Below, in pieces: positions 36,162 to 45,516 of a stretch of 64,000 bases of DNA. Position numbers and translations under genes: made by a program. This DNA is from Candidatus Multivoradales bacterium (GTDB lineage: Bacteria; Acidobacteriota; Thermoanaerobaculia; Multivoradales; J023). The DNA lies in the NCBI GenBank assembly GCA_965248925.1, contig CBDFLE010000006.1, positions 3,424,001-3,488,000 of the forward strand. The letters run 5' to 3'. The notes under the pieces are model-generated. The model saw only the letters and a list, made by a program, of their open reading frames with translations. It had not been told where the DNA came from and ran no database searches. How positions within the stretch are numbered: the stretch's first letter is position 1; every line of letters starts with the position of its first letter.

Positions 36162-37855
36162 TCAGGTGGCGGGCGAAGCGAAGGGCCGAGACAGGGATGG
36201 GCAGATTTCGTCGCTTGCGGGTTTGCTGCAGGCAGATTGTTCCGGGGTGGTTGCTTTCTCTAGCAATGCTAGTGCCTTGCTGGCTTCGCGATCGATTTTG
36301 AGCTTCAGGAGGATAGGCAAGGCTTCGGCCAAGGCGCTCTTGACCTTTGAGTAGCGGCCTTGATCGTCGTAGAGGATTGCAAGATCCAGAGCCACTCCGG
36401 CACGAGAGCCGATATCGCCACAGCGCCGAAAACCTTCGCAGGCTAACGTCAGAAGGGCCTCTGCCTCGGTCGGAACACCCTCGGCACTGGCGACGAGACC
36501 GTCCACCCAATCCAGCGATGGGAAGACGGACAGGTCGGAGAGACTACCGGCAATCTTTTTGGCACGATCTACGGTCGAGCGAGCCAGCTCCTTCTGGCCA
36601 TTCAGAGCCTGGGCAGTTGCCAACAACGAGAGGGCGGAGAGTTCCAGCCGACTCTCCGGCTTTCTCACCAGATCCTCAAGAGCCTCGCCTAACTCTCCGA
36701 TCGCCTTGGAGTCACCGGAATAGCAAAGGATACGAGCGCGAGAGATACGCGCTTGGACGTATCGATGCAGGTTGTCTAACTCGCGGAAGATCGGCACCGC
36801 CAAGGCGGCTAGATCGAGTGCCTCCTGGAAACGTCGCTGATCGAGGCGTAAGGCAGACCGATAGTCTAGGATCTCGGCCTTGACGAAAAGTGCGCTCTTT
36901 CCAGATCGATATCCCAACTCGATCTCCGCTTGATGGAAAGCCTGCTCGGCGCCGGGAAACTCCAGGGCCAGGCGACGGGCATTGCCGATCCAGGCCCCGG
37001 CTTGGGCGCGCAAGATGCGGGCGTCGTCTTCCAGAATCTCGGTACTGACATTGACACTGTCAAGTGCCATGAGCGCGATATCGACCCCTCGTTGGCGGTC
37101 CTTACGGCCCTCTTCTCGACTCTTGCGCAGCAGCACGTCGAAAAACGCTCTAGTGTGAAACGCAACGCGGCTCACCCGTTGCGCTGCCGATCCGGCGACT
37201 GTTCGGCAATCTCCCGCCACAGCTCAGCGGCCATGATTCGTTCGTATTCACGCCCGTCATCGTACTCCACGCGGGGCTGGGATTCGTCGTCTGAATCGGC
37301 TGATCTGTGCCCCAGAGCCCGGGGGTAAATAGCTTGTAGATACTGGCCGAGTTGCTGCTGCTCCTGCTCGTCGATCTGACCGAGCACCGCTCGGCGCAAG
37401 AACGCCTTGTCCAGGATCTTCTCTGGCGATACCTCGGGGGAGCGCGAACTTGCCTTCGCCAGCGCGCGGACGGCTGAAGGATGGGTGCCATCCCAGGTGC
37501 TGAAAGCTCGGGAGAAGCTCGCCGACCGACCATACCCGACCAAATCAGAGATTTTCGCCACCGGCAAGTCTGTGTGCAGCAGCAGTCGTTTGGCGGTTTC
37601 TAGACGCTTGCCTCGGATGTAGTCCCCCAGCGGCACTCCCACCGATCTGGCAAACTCACCGCTCACCGACTTGTCCGAGATGCCACAGTCCCGCCGCAGT
37701 TGCTGGACATTCAAGCCGGGATCGAAGAGATACTCTTTCAGATGCGCCAGCAACTGCTGGGGCCTTCCTTTGGCCTCCGCCAAGTCACTTCTGATCTGCT
37801 CCAGACTGGCTTCGGCAGCGTCATTGAGCAAGTTGTGGTCTTGGTCGAGTCCCAT
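36162..37855 (-). pseudogene. AraC-type HTH + TPR-like regulator, split by a single frameshift near 37181
   Basis: 37172-37855 encodes the AraC double HTH (RLETAKRLLLHTDLPVAKISDLVGY...FSRAFSTWDG); 36162-37180 continues in a shifted frame with TPR-like helices; RBS GGGGAGGAG at start. Confidence 0.78.
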
Positions 37856-38198
37856 GCTGCTCCTCCCCAGGATTGCGATATCTTTGCAGTTGCGCGACCT
37901 ACCTTACCAGAAGCCTTGCCCTTCCAATCTGCGCTTTCGAGCCCTCTAGAGCGACGCCGGCCAGCCATCCTCCGTCGCTGCTCGACTTCTCATTTCGGCG
38001 TAGCATTTCGCCGGTGGCTTCTCATTCTGAATGTGCAATGTGGCAGTTCGAGAGCTGGGTTCTCCATGCTTCGCCGCAGCAATCCCCTGGCTAGGGGAAG
38101 AGGCTAAGGGGGCCAATTCGTCGCTATCGCGGCTATGGAGAGGGTGGTTGAAATCTCCGCAGGTAGAGATATCTCTTCATTTCTGAGCACTATTATTC

Positions 38199-38227
38199 TT
38201 GACAACAACTCTTCAGCTCCCTATGGT
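38199..38227 (+). promoter_or_regulatory. Sigma-70 promoter, probably leaderless transcript
   Basis: TTGACA-17 bp-TATGGT, with ATG 38234 six bases past the -10 box. Confidence 0.68.
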
Positions 38228-38233
38228 TTTAAG

Positions 38234-39298
38234 ATGCCACAGGCACTTCAGTCATTTTTGGGCGGATTGGTTACGGTGATCTTCGCGGGGCTGGGCGCGT
38301 CGGCAGTGGTGGCGGACGCACCCAGCTGGAAGCTCGCGCACCGGGCGGAGCTAACACCAGACACAACAGGAATTGTCGTCTGGGACGAGCAGACCTTCGG
38401 TCTCTGGAATCCCGGCGCTGGCCGGGTTCAGCTGATGGCGCCGAGTGGTGAGCTGGGCGCGGTGGTGCAATTCGATCGGTTGCTGAGCCCAATCAAGAGC
38501 CAGGGTCCCCAGTTCCCGGATCCGCTGCTGCGAATTGGACGTCGGGTCTACTGGTTGTCGCGGCCGACAGGGACCGTGGCGGTGTTCGACCCTACGGGAT
38601 CTTTTGTCGAGTTGCTCGCAACTCCCGCCAGCGTAGTGACCTCGATCGCTCGCGCAGACGACGGCAGTGTTGAGGTGTTCGGCTTCCGCCCAGAGTCACT
38701 CTATGCCGGGGCCGAGAAGTTCTCTAGCAGCGGTCGCCGGTCGGGATTCATCCCTTCGTGGTTGCAGGCACAGGTGACGACTTTGCCTACTTACCTGGAA
38801 ACGCATCTGGCCCGTGTCGGCGGTAGCCGGTTCGAGGTCTTGGCGCATTTTCCCCATGCCCGGGTGACCCGAGGCGACTCCAGCCGCGTCGTCGACCTAT
38901 TGGCGACTTGCCCGACCCACGAGTTCCGTATCCTTTTTGAGCAGCACTACGAAAAGCTGCGACAAACGCGGGGCTGGCCCGAACCTCTCGGTCCAGGATT
39001 CGACCCCGAAGGGCTCTTGTATATGGCTGCTCTGGAGTTGACCGAATTGCCGCAAGGGGTCTTGGCGTTGGTCAATGGGGGGTTTCTAGTTTTTCTGCCG
39101 AGTGATCTTGCCGCGTCAATCAGTTGCTTTAGAACGCCGACATCCAACCCCACCGGCGGAGCGGTTTCACTCGCTTGGACTGGCCGAAGGCTCGGGTTGG
39201 TTCTAGTCGGGCCTGGCACCACGCCGGTCGTAGAGCTGTGGGATGTGGCTGATCACCAGGAGTTCTCTGGCGGTACTTTAGTTTTAGGAGAGAGGTAA
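38234..39298 (+). CDS. Secreted hypothetical protein, probable beta-propeller
   Basis: Signal peptide MPQALQSFLGGLVTVIFAGLGASAVVA; repeated V..FDP.G-like strands (VQLMAPSGE, VAVFDPTGS, KFSSSGR). Confidence 0.6.
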   Translation: MPQALQSFLGGLVTVIFAGLGASAVVADAPSWKLAHRAELTPDTTGIVVWDEQTFGLWNPGAGRVQLMAPSGELGAVVQFDRLLSPIKSQGPQFPDPLLRIGRRVYWLSRPTGTVAVFDPTGSFVELLATPASVVTSIARADDGSVEVFGFRPESLYAGAEKFSSSGRRSGFIPSWLQAQVTTLPTYLETHLARVGGSRFEVLAHFPHARVTRGDSSRVVDLLATCPTHEFRILFEQHYEKLRQTRGWPEPLGPGFDPEGLLYMAALELTELPQGVLALVNGGFLVFLPSDLAASISCFRTPTSNPTGGAVSLAWTGRRLGLVLVGPGTTPVVELWDVADHQEFSGGTLVLGER

Positions 39299-39552
39299 TG
39301 AAACGTCTTCTAGCAATCACAGTGCTCATCATCGTCTTGTCTAGCATCTTTGTCAACGAGACCAATGGCTACATTTGGGACTGCGAGACTCCGACAGCTT
39401 GCCCTCACTGGGCTGCCTGCGAGGGAGACATTGTGTACGCCAGTGGGTGTGACTATCAGTGCTACTACTTCTTCCTTGGTGGATGGTTTCCGGCCGGTTC
39501 GGCCAGGTGCTCTTCCGGCGGCGCTGGACCCATACCAGATGTCAAGTTTTGA
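39298..39552 (+). CDS. Small secreted Cys-rich peptide (6 Cys)
   Basis: Sec signal MKRLLAITVLIIVLSSIFV; about 60-aa mature region with 6 Cys; AGGAG RBS and TAATG coupling. Confidence 0.78.
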   Translation: MKRLLAITVLIIVLSSIFVNETNGYIWDCETPTACPHWAACEGDIVYASGCDYQCYYFFLGGWFPAGSARCSSGGAGPIPDVKF

Positions 39553-39564
39553 CCCTGCTGATGG

Positions 39565-41658
39565 ATGCATGTGAAGCTAACCGATCAGGCAATCTTGCTG
39601 CTAGCTCTGGCATTGGCCTGCGGCTCTGCTCTTGCTGAGGATTGGCAGGACTTCGAGATCGCCCGTTGTCAGGTCGAGGCGGCGGCTGTAGTTGGACCGC
39701 TGCCGGGTTCCGAGACCGGCAAGTGGCGAACAGCGCAACTCGGCGGAATCGGTGAAGTTCAGTGCTCCGGGCCGGATTTCGAGCCAGTCGATATCTGTCT
39801 CGGCGGTTCCGAGGTATGTCCCCTGGCGGCCGAGCCGGAGATCGATCTCATTGAGCTACGGCCCGCTAGTCAGCAGCGCTGGCGTTTGGCGGACGGGCAA
39901 CAACCAACAGCCCTGACTGTCGAGTGGCGCCAAGAGGCGGCAGCGCGCTCCCACCGGCTAGCGAAACGTCGCGTGATGTCGACGGCGGCCAGCTTTTCCT
40001 TGCCGGTGGCCTGTGGCGAGGCTCGCATCCTTAGAATTCACCGGCCGGGCTGCTCGCCCCACTCTTTCTACTTCGCGGGGGAGAGAAGAGCAACCGAGCT
40101 AGTCCTTCCATCTTGCCAGATTGGTGGCGAAATCTCCGGCTTGCTGCCGCGGGAGATCTTCGTTCCGCAGAGTTTTCGCCTGGCATCTGGCGAGCTTCTG
40201 CAAGTCGACAGCTCGGGTTGGTTCGCGGCTGCCGGGCTCGCTCCGGGTGAGCACTCGTTGCTACCGATCTATCGCGGTGGGGTCGCAGGGTCGCCAATTG
40301 AGGTCGTAGTCAAGACCGGTGAGACCCGCGAATTGCTGCCCCTACCCTTGCCACCGGTCGGAGCCCTGGACCTCGCTCTTGACCCAGCCCTCTGCGCCGA
40401 GACTCTCGGCATGAAAAGGCGGGTGGAGTTGGTGCGCTTGGTGCTGGCGGATGAGGGAAGGAGCGAAAGCTACGAGCCGCTGCACAGGCTGCCCTTGCCG
40501 AACGGAGCATGCCACCTGTGGCTCGAAGGGCTGTCGGTGGGTAGCTTTGATCTCCGCCTAACCGCCATTGGCAACGGGCAGCCGACCCAGCTTTCAAAGT
40601 CTTTTGACGTTTCAGTTGGTGAGGTGACCACTTTGCTACTCGGCGACCAACCAGTGGTGGTTGCCGGCCGAGTGGTGACGGTGGACGACGAGCCGGTGCC
40701 TGACGTTGGGCTAGAGTTCGCCCGCCACAGCTCGGCGGATCGGCTGCGGGTGCGCAGCGACGCCAATGGCGAGTTCGAGGCACGGCTGCCCGCGGCCGGC
40801 AACTACTCAGTGCTTGTCCTAACCACACCTTACCTGCCCACCCACAGCCTGACTCGCACCTTCCCCCCCGGTCACCACCAGCTCACCATCGAGATCCCAG
40901 GTGGTGTTATTCACCTCAGCGTCGAGCGCGCCGACGGGGCCGAATTCGATTCACCTGTCGAGCTGCGATTCGATCCACTAGGTAGTAATGACCTCTTCGG
41001 CGGGTTTCTACTACCGGAAGAGGACAAGGAGATCGATCTGCTCGGTGTCACCCTGGGCCGCTACAGTATTTCAGCCACATCAGATCAGGCTTCGACCGAC
41101 GATCCCACCGTGATCGAACTGAGCGAAAAGTCACCGATTGCCCATGTTGAACTGCTGCTGACATCGCGCAGCTATAGACTGCGTTTGGTCGACGGGCAAG
41201 GAAGGCAGGTAGCTGGCGCCAGGGTGGTGATCACCGGTCGTCATCAGCTGGAGCTAGGTTCTGGAATCTTCGACCTGGCAGGCACGGCTCCCGGACGAAC
41301 CTTGCGGATTAATCCGCCGGCCGGCTATCTGCCCGTTTGTAGAATTCTGACCCGCCAGACCAACTTGACGGTCGAGCTGAGAGCCACCACCGCTCAGGCG
41401 GTGATCGTCCTGCCTGCTGAAGCTCGGCCCACACCTCGCCAGATTGTAGGCAGCCTCAGTGGCCTGCCCGGCTCGAATTGCCCGGTGTGGGTTTCGGCCC
41501 CTCCTGGAGGGCACTACGATGAGCGCGGGCTTCGTCTGGAGCTAGCATTGATGCCTGGAGTCTTCGTTTTCCGTGCTTTCGGCAAGGAGCACTCGCTGGC
41601 GGTGCCTGGCCCTCCACTGATTCTCGGTGGCACCGTTGACGCCGGGGAGAACAAGTAG
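39565..41658 (+). CDS. Secreted protein with carboxypeptidase-regulatory-like (prealbumin-fold) repeats
   Basis: Signal peptide; VAGRVVTVDDEPVPDV..SDANGEF..AGNYSV, LRLVDGQGRQVAGARV, GLAPGEHSL. Confidence 0.75.
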   Translation: MHVKLTDQAILLLALALACGSALAEDWQDFEIARCQVEAAAVVGPLPGSETGKWRTAQLGGIGEVQCSGPDFEPVDICLGGSEVCPLAAEPEIDLIELRPASQQRWRLADGQQPTALTVEWRQEAAARSHRLAKRRVMSTAASFSLPVACGEARILRIHRPGCSPHSFYFAGERRATELVLPSCQIGGEISGLLPREIFVPQSFRLASGELLQVDSSGWFAAAGLAPGEHSLLPIYRGGVAGSPIEVVVKTGETRELLPLPLPPVGALDLALDPALCAETLGMKRRVELVRLVLADEGRSESYEPLHRLPLPNGACHLWLEGLSVGSFDLRLTAIGNGQPTQLSKSFDVSVGEVTTLLLGDQPVVVAGRVVTVDDEPVPDVGLEFARHSSADRLRVRSDANGEFEARLPAAGNYSVLVLTTPYLPTHSLTRTFPPGHHQLTIEIPGGVIHLSVERADGAEFDSPVELRFDPLGSNDLFGGFLLPEEDKEIDLLGVTLGRYSISATSDQASTDDPTVIELSEKSPIAHVELLLTSRSYRLRLVDGQGRQVAGARVVITGRHQLELGSGIFDLAGTAPGRTLRINPPAGYLPVCRILTRQTNLTVELRATTAQAVIVLPAEARPTPRQIVGSLSGLPGSNCPVWVSAPPGGHYDERGLRLELALMPGVFVFRAFGKEHSLAVPGPPLILGGTVDAGENK

Positions 41659-41671
41659 GCTGCTGCGAGCC

Positions 41672-41785
41672 TCATGCGCTGGTGCTGGGTTCCTCGTTCC
41701 AATCTTCGAGCCTCAGACCTTCAATGCGCTGAAAGTGCCGCGTGTTATGGGTTACCAGGGTGGCACCGAGGCTCAGCGCGTGGGT
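41672..41785 (-). pseudogene. C-terminal fragment of a VapC/PIN toxin
   Basis: [28 protein letters not shown] is a typical VapC C-terminus; N-terminal part absent. Confidence 0.8.
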
Positions 41786-41790
41786 GGGGG

Positions 41791-41912
41791 GCTGGGCCTG
41801 GACGCTCTTCTCAAGCAGCAGCGGTGCGAGGCCGACGAAGGTGGTCAGCGAGGTCAGCAGGATGGGGAGGAAGCGCTTCTTGCCGGCTTGGCGAATGGCT
41901 CGGGTCAGCGGC
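41791..41912 (-). pseudogene. Second orphan fragment of the RND permease 3' region
   Basis: [40 protein letters not shown] vs [40 protein letters not shown] in the intact gene. Confidence 0.9.
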
Positions 41913-42134
41913 CGCCATCGCGGTGATGGGTGGTGAGCCCGCAAAGTTCTCTCCCGCACCCTGGCGGCGGTGACCGCCGATTCCCGCTAGCCGGGGTTCG
42001 ATACCGGCGTGTTGCAAACCTGAAACGTCTGGGCGATACCCAACCTTCGCTGGACAGACCGCGACCTGCTGCGGTTGCTAAGCCGAAGCCTGCCGGACAG
42101 GCTCCGCGGCGGTGATCGAGTGGCCGAGTGTTGC

Positions 42135-43994
42135 CTAGGATTCGCCTGTTTCGGATTCGACGCAGACGTCGATCGCCGGCCCGAAGCCGAACTCCGGACC
42201 AACGTTCTGAGCACAGACACTGCCGGGAACACAATCTTGGTCGCTGTCGCAATCGCCTTGGCCAGGCTGGCAGGGAGCGCAATCGCGGCAGAAATGACCG
42301 TGGCCGGCGGGCCGGCTACACATCTCGGTCTCACCGGGTGCGACGCAAACATCGACCCTGGGGGCGAATCCGTGGCTAGCCCCCAGGTCATTCCCGCACA
42401 CGGCCCCAGAAGCACAATCTTGGTCGCCGTCGCAGTCACCTTGGCCAGGCTGGCAGGGACCACAATCGCGGCAGAAATGACCGTGGCCAGGCGGCCAGGC
42501 ACAGTCGGATTCAGTCCCTGCCCCAATCGGTGTTCGCTGTGGGATGGCCTGTGCACCGACCGCTAGACGGCGAAAGGACTGCGGGATTCGAGCGCTACCC
42601 GTGTTGGCGAGGCTGAGGCTTGCGATGTCGGTCCGAGGCTGCCCTTCGGGGTCGTTCCAACTCCGAGTGTAAACCAGAGCTTGGGCTGGATCCGGCTCTC
42701 GCCGGAGGGCCACGAAGTCTGGTAGCGGGGTAGATTCAGGGGGGGTCCTGGTGGTCTCGATCGGCCAGGGCTCACTCTCACACCGGCGGTCCGATGCCAG
42801 TCGACATAGGTGAGTCCAGCGCAGTCCTTGACCGCTGTAGGGGTCGGTTGGGGTAGTGAGATGCAAATGAAAAGCCGCACAGCTATCTTCCAAGTCACCT
42901 TCGGGGTCCCCCTGATTGGTGGCCATGGCGATCAGTTTTCCATCGGGGCTGATCGCCGCCAACATATCTCCCCATTCGGCGATCTGACCCATCTGGCGAT
43001 GGACCGGAGTGTCCGGTGGCTGCCGTACCGGCTTCAGTTCTTCGAAGGCTTGCCGAGGCCGACAATGTCTGTTGAGCTCCACGACATAGACTCGCAGCAC
43101 CGGAACTTCTAGCGGCTCCGCGCCCGCGATGCAGGTGCCGCCGCCACCGTCGAATCCGTGACTGTTCCACCACGCCCAGCCAGAGGGACGACGGGGCTCG
43201 TCATAGCACCGTCGCACGATGCTCAGACGCTGGCCTGGCGTACATCCTCCGGGTCGCGACGAGAGCTGCGCCGAAACTCGCCCGGTGAGGCAATTCTCGC
43301 GCCAGAGTTCGGCTGGGGCGAACGCTTCGACGGTGATATCGCCGTGATTGGAGAACTCAAGTGAGTAGATCTGCGCCGCGTTCTTTTCCTGCTCATAACC
43401 TGTCGCCGGGGAGGAGTACCAGCCGCCGGCATCGGGAAACACCAGGGCGTTGAAAAGAGCCCGGTCCTCGTGTAGCCAAGTGGACCAACCGTGGACTTCC
43501 GAGTTCTGGCCAAGGAACCGCCGGGTCAGGTTGGTGTGAACCCAAAGGTCGTCGGTGGGGTCATCCTCGTCGTTTCGCCGGTGCTCGGCCAACCAAAGGG
43601 TCGGCCGCCCGTAGCTGCATCCGAGACCAGCTCCTCGAACTCCGTTCCAAGCAGGACATGAAGGTTTGGAGCGAGCGACCAACAACCGATCGAGTCCCGG
43701 TGCGACCGACGCGACTCCGGGAGTCCAACCAAGGTCGACAAAGGGCTCGAGAATGAGCCCGGCAGGGCGGTTCGGCGCGCTCAGGTCGGCGGCCCGAGTT
43801 GCCCCAGTCCGCGTGTCGAGGAAAACGATGTTGTGTTGGTCGGGGTCGAAGGGATGGTAAGTGCAATGCACCTCTTCGTCGGGAATCACCCAATGGCACT
43901 CTGCACCAGCCTCTTGTCCACTCCCGGCCAAGTAGGCGACTGCCAGGAGAACACCGCCCGTCACTCTTGCGGTGGGCGAAAGTAGGTTTGGCAT
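42135..43994 (-). CDS. Secreted protein with possible TolB-like propeller and two C-terminal Cys-rich repeats
   Basis: RBS AAGGAGG; signal peptide; ISPDGKLIAM; 61-aa repeats GHGHFCRDC.PCQPGQGDCD.DQDC..G.VC...DVC. Confidence 0.78.
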   Translation of the reverse strand: MPNLLSPTARVTGGVLLAVAYLAGSGQEAGAECHWVIPDEEVHCTYHPFDPDQHNIVFLDTRTGATRAADLSAPNRPAGLILEPFVDLGWTPGVASVAPGLDRLLVARSKPSCPAWNGVRGAGLGCSYGRPTLWLAEHRRNDEDDPTDDLWVHTNLTRRFLGQNSEVHGWSTWLHEDRALFNALVFPDAGGWYSSPATGYEQEKNAAQIYSLEFSNHGDITVEAFAPAELWRENCLTGRVSAQLSSRPGGCTPGQRLSIVRRCYDEPRRPSGWAWWNSHGFDGGGGTCIAGAEPLEVPVLRVYVVELNRHCRPRQAFEELKPVRQPPDTPVHRQMGQIAEWGDMLAAISPDGKLIAMATNQGDPEGDLEDSCAAFHLHLTTPTDPYSGQGLRWTHLCRLASDRRCESEPWPIETTRTPPESTPLPDFVALRREPDPAQALVYTRSWNDPEGQPRTDIASLSLANTGSARIPQSFRRLAVGAQAIPQRTPIGAGTESDCAWPPGHGHFCRDCGPCQPGQGDCDGDQDCASGAVCGNDLGASHGFAPRVDVCVAPGETEMCSRPAGHGHFCRDCAPCQPGQGDCDSDQDCVPGSVCAQNVGPEFGFGPAIDVCVESETGES

Positions 43995-44336
43995 AACGAC
44001 GAGACCTCCTTCTACTGCACGGTTTCCACCCGTCGAGAGTTGTACTCCCTCTCGACTGTAACACTCTAGATGTGAATGCCACGAGTGCTCAATCGGTTGA
44101 CTCGGGCCACAGCTGAGTTTTTTTGAGCCTCTTGCACCACCTCTGTGGGCGGCTTAGCCTAAGTGCCTAACACCCATCTCGGGGAGTGAGTCGATCAACC
44201 GATGGAGCTTGCGGGATCGGCGTTTTGCGGCGGCAAAGCGATCCGCCAGCAGCAATCGGCTCCGAGGTCTCTGAAGATCGAGAGTAGCCCCGTACCGAAA
44301 GGGCCGACTGGTACCACCACGTTGGCCTGGGAGTCC

Positions 44337-44355
44337 TTGGCCAGCTGCTGGCCAA
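44337..44355. promoter_or_regulatory. Perfect inverted repeat, candidate enhancer (UAS)
   Basis: TTGGCCAGC-T-GCTGGCCAA about 100 bp upstream of a -24/-12 motif. Confidence 0.45.
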
Positions 44356-44457
44356 CTGTTGCCAGCTGGTGATATTTCGCCACCCTAAGCGCAGCTTAGA
44401 AACGCTGCAACTTCATTGTTATTAGCACTTGTCGTGCTTGACTGTGGGGTCTCCCGG

Positions 44458-44473
44458 TGGCTTTGGGATTGCT
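44458..44473 (+). promoter_or_regulatory. Sigma-54 (-24/-12) promoter candidate
   Basis: TGGC-TTTGGGA-TTGCT with canonical GG-N10-GC spacing, about 135 bp upstream of ATG 44609. Confidence 0.6.
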
Positions 44474-44608
44474 TCTACAAGGGGGCAGAGTTCTTCGATG
44501 GTCGGAGAGCGTTCTGTTCTAGATCTGGAGGTTGCCGCTGCTCTCGAACGATGCGACGTGGACTCTAACGGCCGCGGCTGCAGCCTTCTGCTTTTCAGGA
44601 GATGACCC

Positions 44609-45211
44609 ATGAAGTTGATGTTCAGATGTCTAACGTTGCTGGTTCTGCTCGCTGGGCCTATTTCTGCCGCCGGGGCGGTGGAGCCTTGCCTGCCCGACTG
44701 CGAGACCGATCTTTGGTCGGGCACTTTGACGACGATACTCGTCTTGCCTGGTGGTTGTGCGGTGAAGGTGGAGTACAAGGAGCGAACTGCCTGTGGTCTC
44801 TTCAATGATCTTTACATCGAGAGGATCGAGCCGCTGAATCCCAACGATCCGTCCTGCCGAGCGCTGGGCTTGCTGTCGACCAAACATGTGGTCGACCAGG
44901 TGGCTAAGATCCTGGTGACGATCGAATTCGACGATCCTCACAACCCGCCGCCGCCCGGCACTTGTGAGACCAATTGGCGAGTGGTGGCTGGCTGCTGGTG
45001 TCGCAAGGAGCTACCTGGTGGGGACTGCGGCGCCACCCGGCGATGGGGCCCTTGCGATAGTGGCAGCTGCTGCCTGAAGCCGTATTCCGTCTGTGTCGAC
45101 CCGATCGGTTCGATCTCGGTCACCCCACAGCCTGGTACTTCGTCGGCCGACTGTAGTACGGCGACCTCGACCTGCGGTACCGAGAGTTGCTGCGAATCGG
45201 TTTGTGACTGA
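44609..45211 (+). CDS. Secreted Cys-rich protein (18 Cys in mature region)
   Basis: AGGAG RBS; signal peptide ending AGA; two CC doublets and CWC; downstream hairpin. Confidence 0.82.
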   Translation: MKLMFRCLTLLVLLAGPISAAGAVEPCLPDCETDLWSGTLTTILVLPGGCAVKVEYKERTACGLFNDLYIERIEPLNPNDPSCRALGLLSTKHVVDQVAKILVTIEFDDPHNPPPPGTCETNWRVVAGCWCRKELPGGDCGATRRWGPCDSGSCCLKPYSVCVDPIGSISVTPQPGTSSADCSTATSTCGTESCCESVCD

Positions 45212-45223
45212 ATCGATGGCTGC

Positions 45224-45268
45224 CCGTGCGATCGGCTTGGCTCGGTTTGTAGCGAGCTGGTCGCACGG
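45224..45268 (+). terminator. Stem-loop after the Cys-rich gene
   Basis: CCGTGCGATCGGCTTG pairs with CGAGCTGGTCGCACGG allowing G-U; no strong U tract. Confidence 0.5.
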
Positions 45269-45516
45269 CCTTGAACGCTCCTCACCTGTCTGACCTACTT
45301 GGCTTCTTGCTGCCGCTAGTCTTGCCAAGCCTCGTGGGTCGCAGCCCTTCGGCTGCTCCCTCCTCCCCCTCTCAATGAGCTGTTTCGCGGACGATTGCCG
45401 CGTAATCCATGAAACTCATGGCTTCGCAGCGGTAGTATCTGCTGAGCAAAAGGAGTGCTGGATCTACTCCTTGGAAATTGAGAGGGTTGCACGGTTGTTT
45501 CTGGCGAGGGAGCTGA

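Noticed and set aside
39298-45211. Cys-rich genes as a RiPP (ranthipeptide/lanthipeptide) cluster
   Set aside because: Products carry Sec signal peptides and no radical SAM, Lan, YcaO or peptidase-ABC genes are present.
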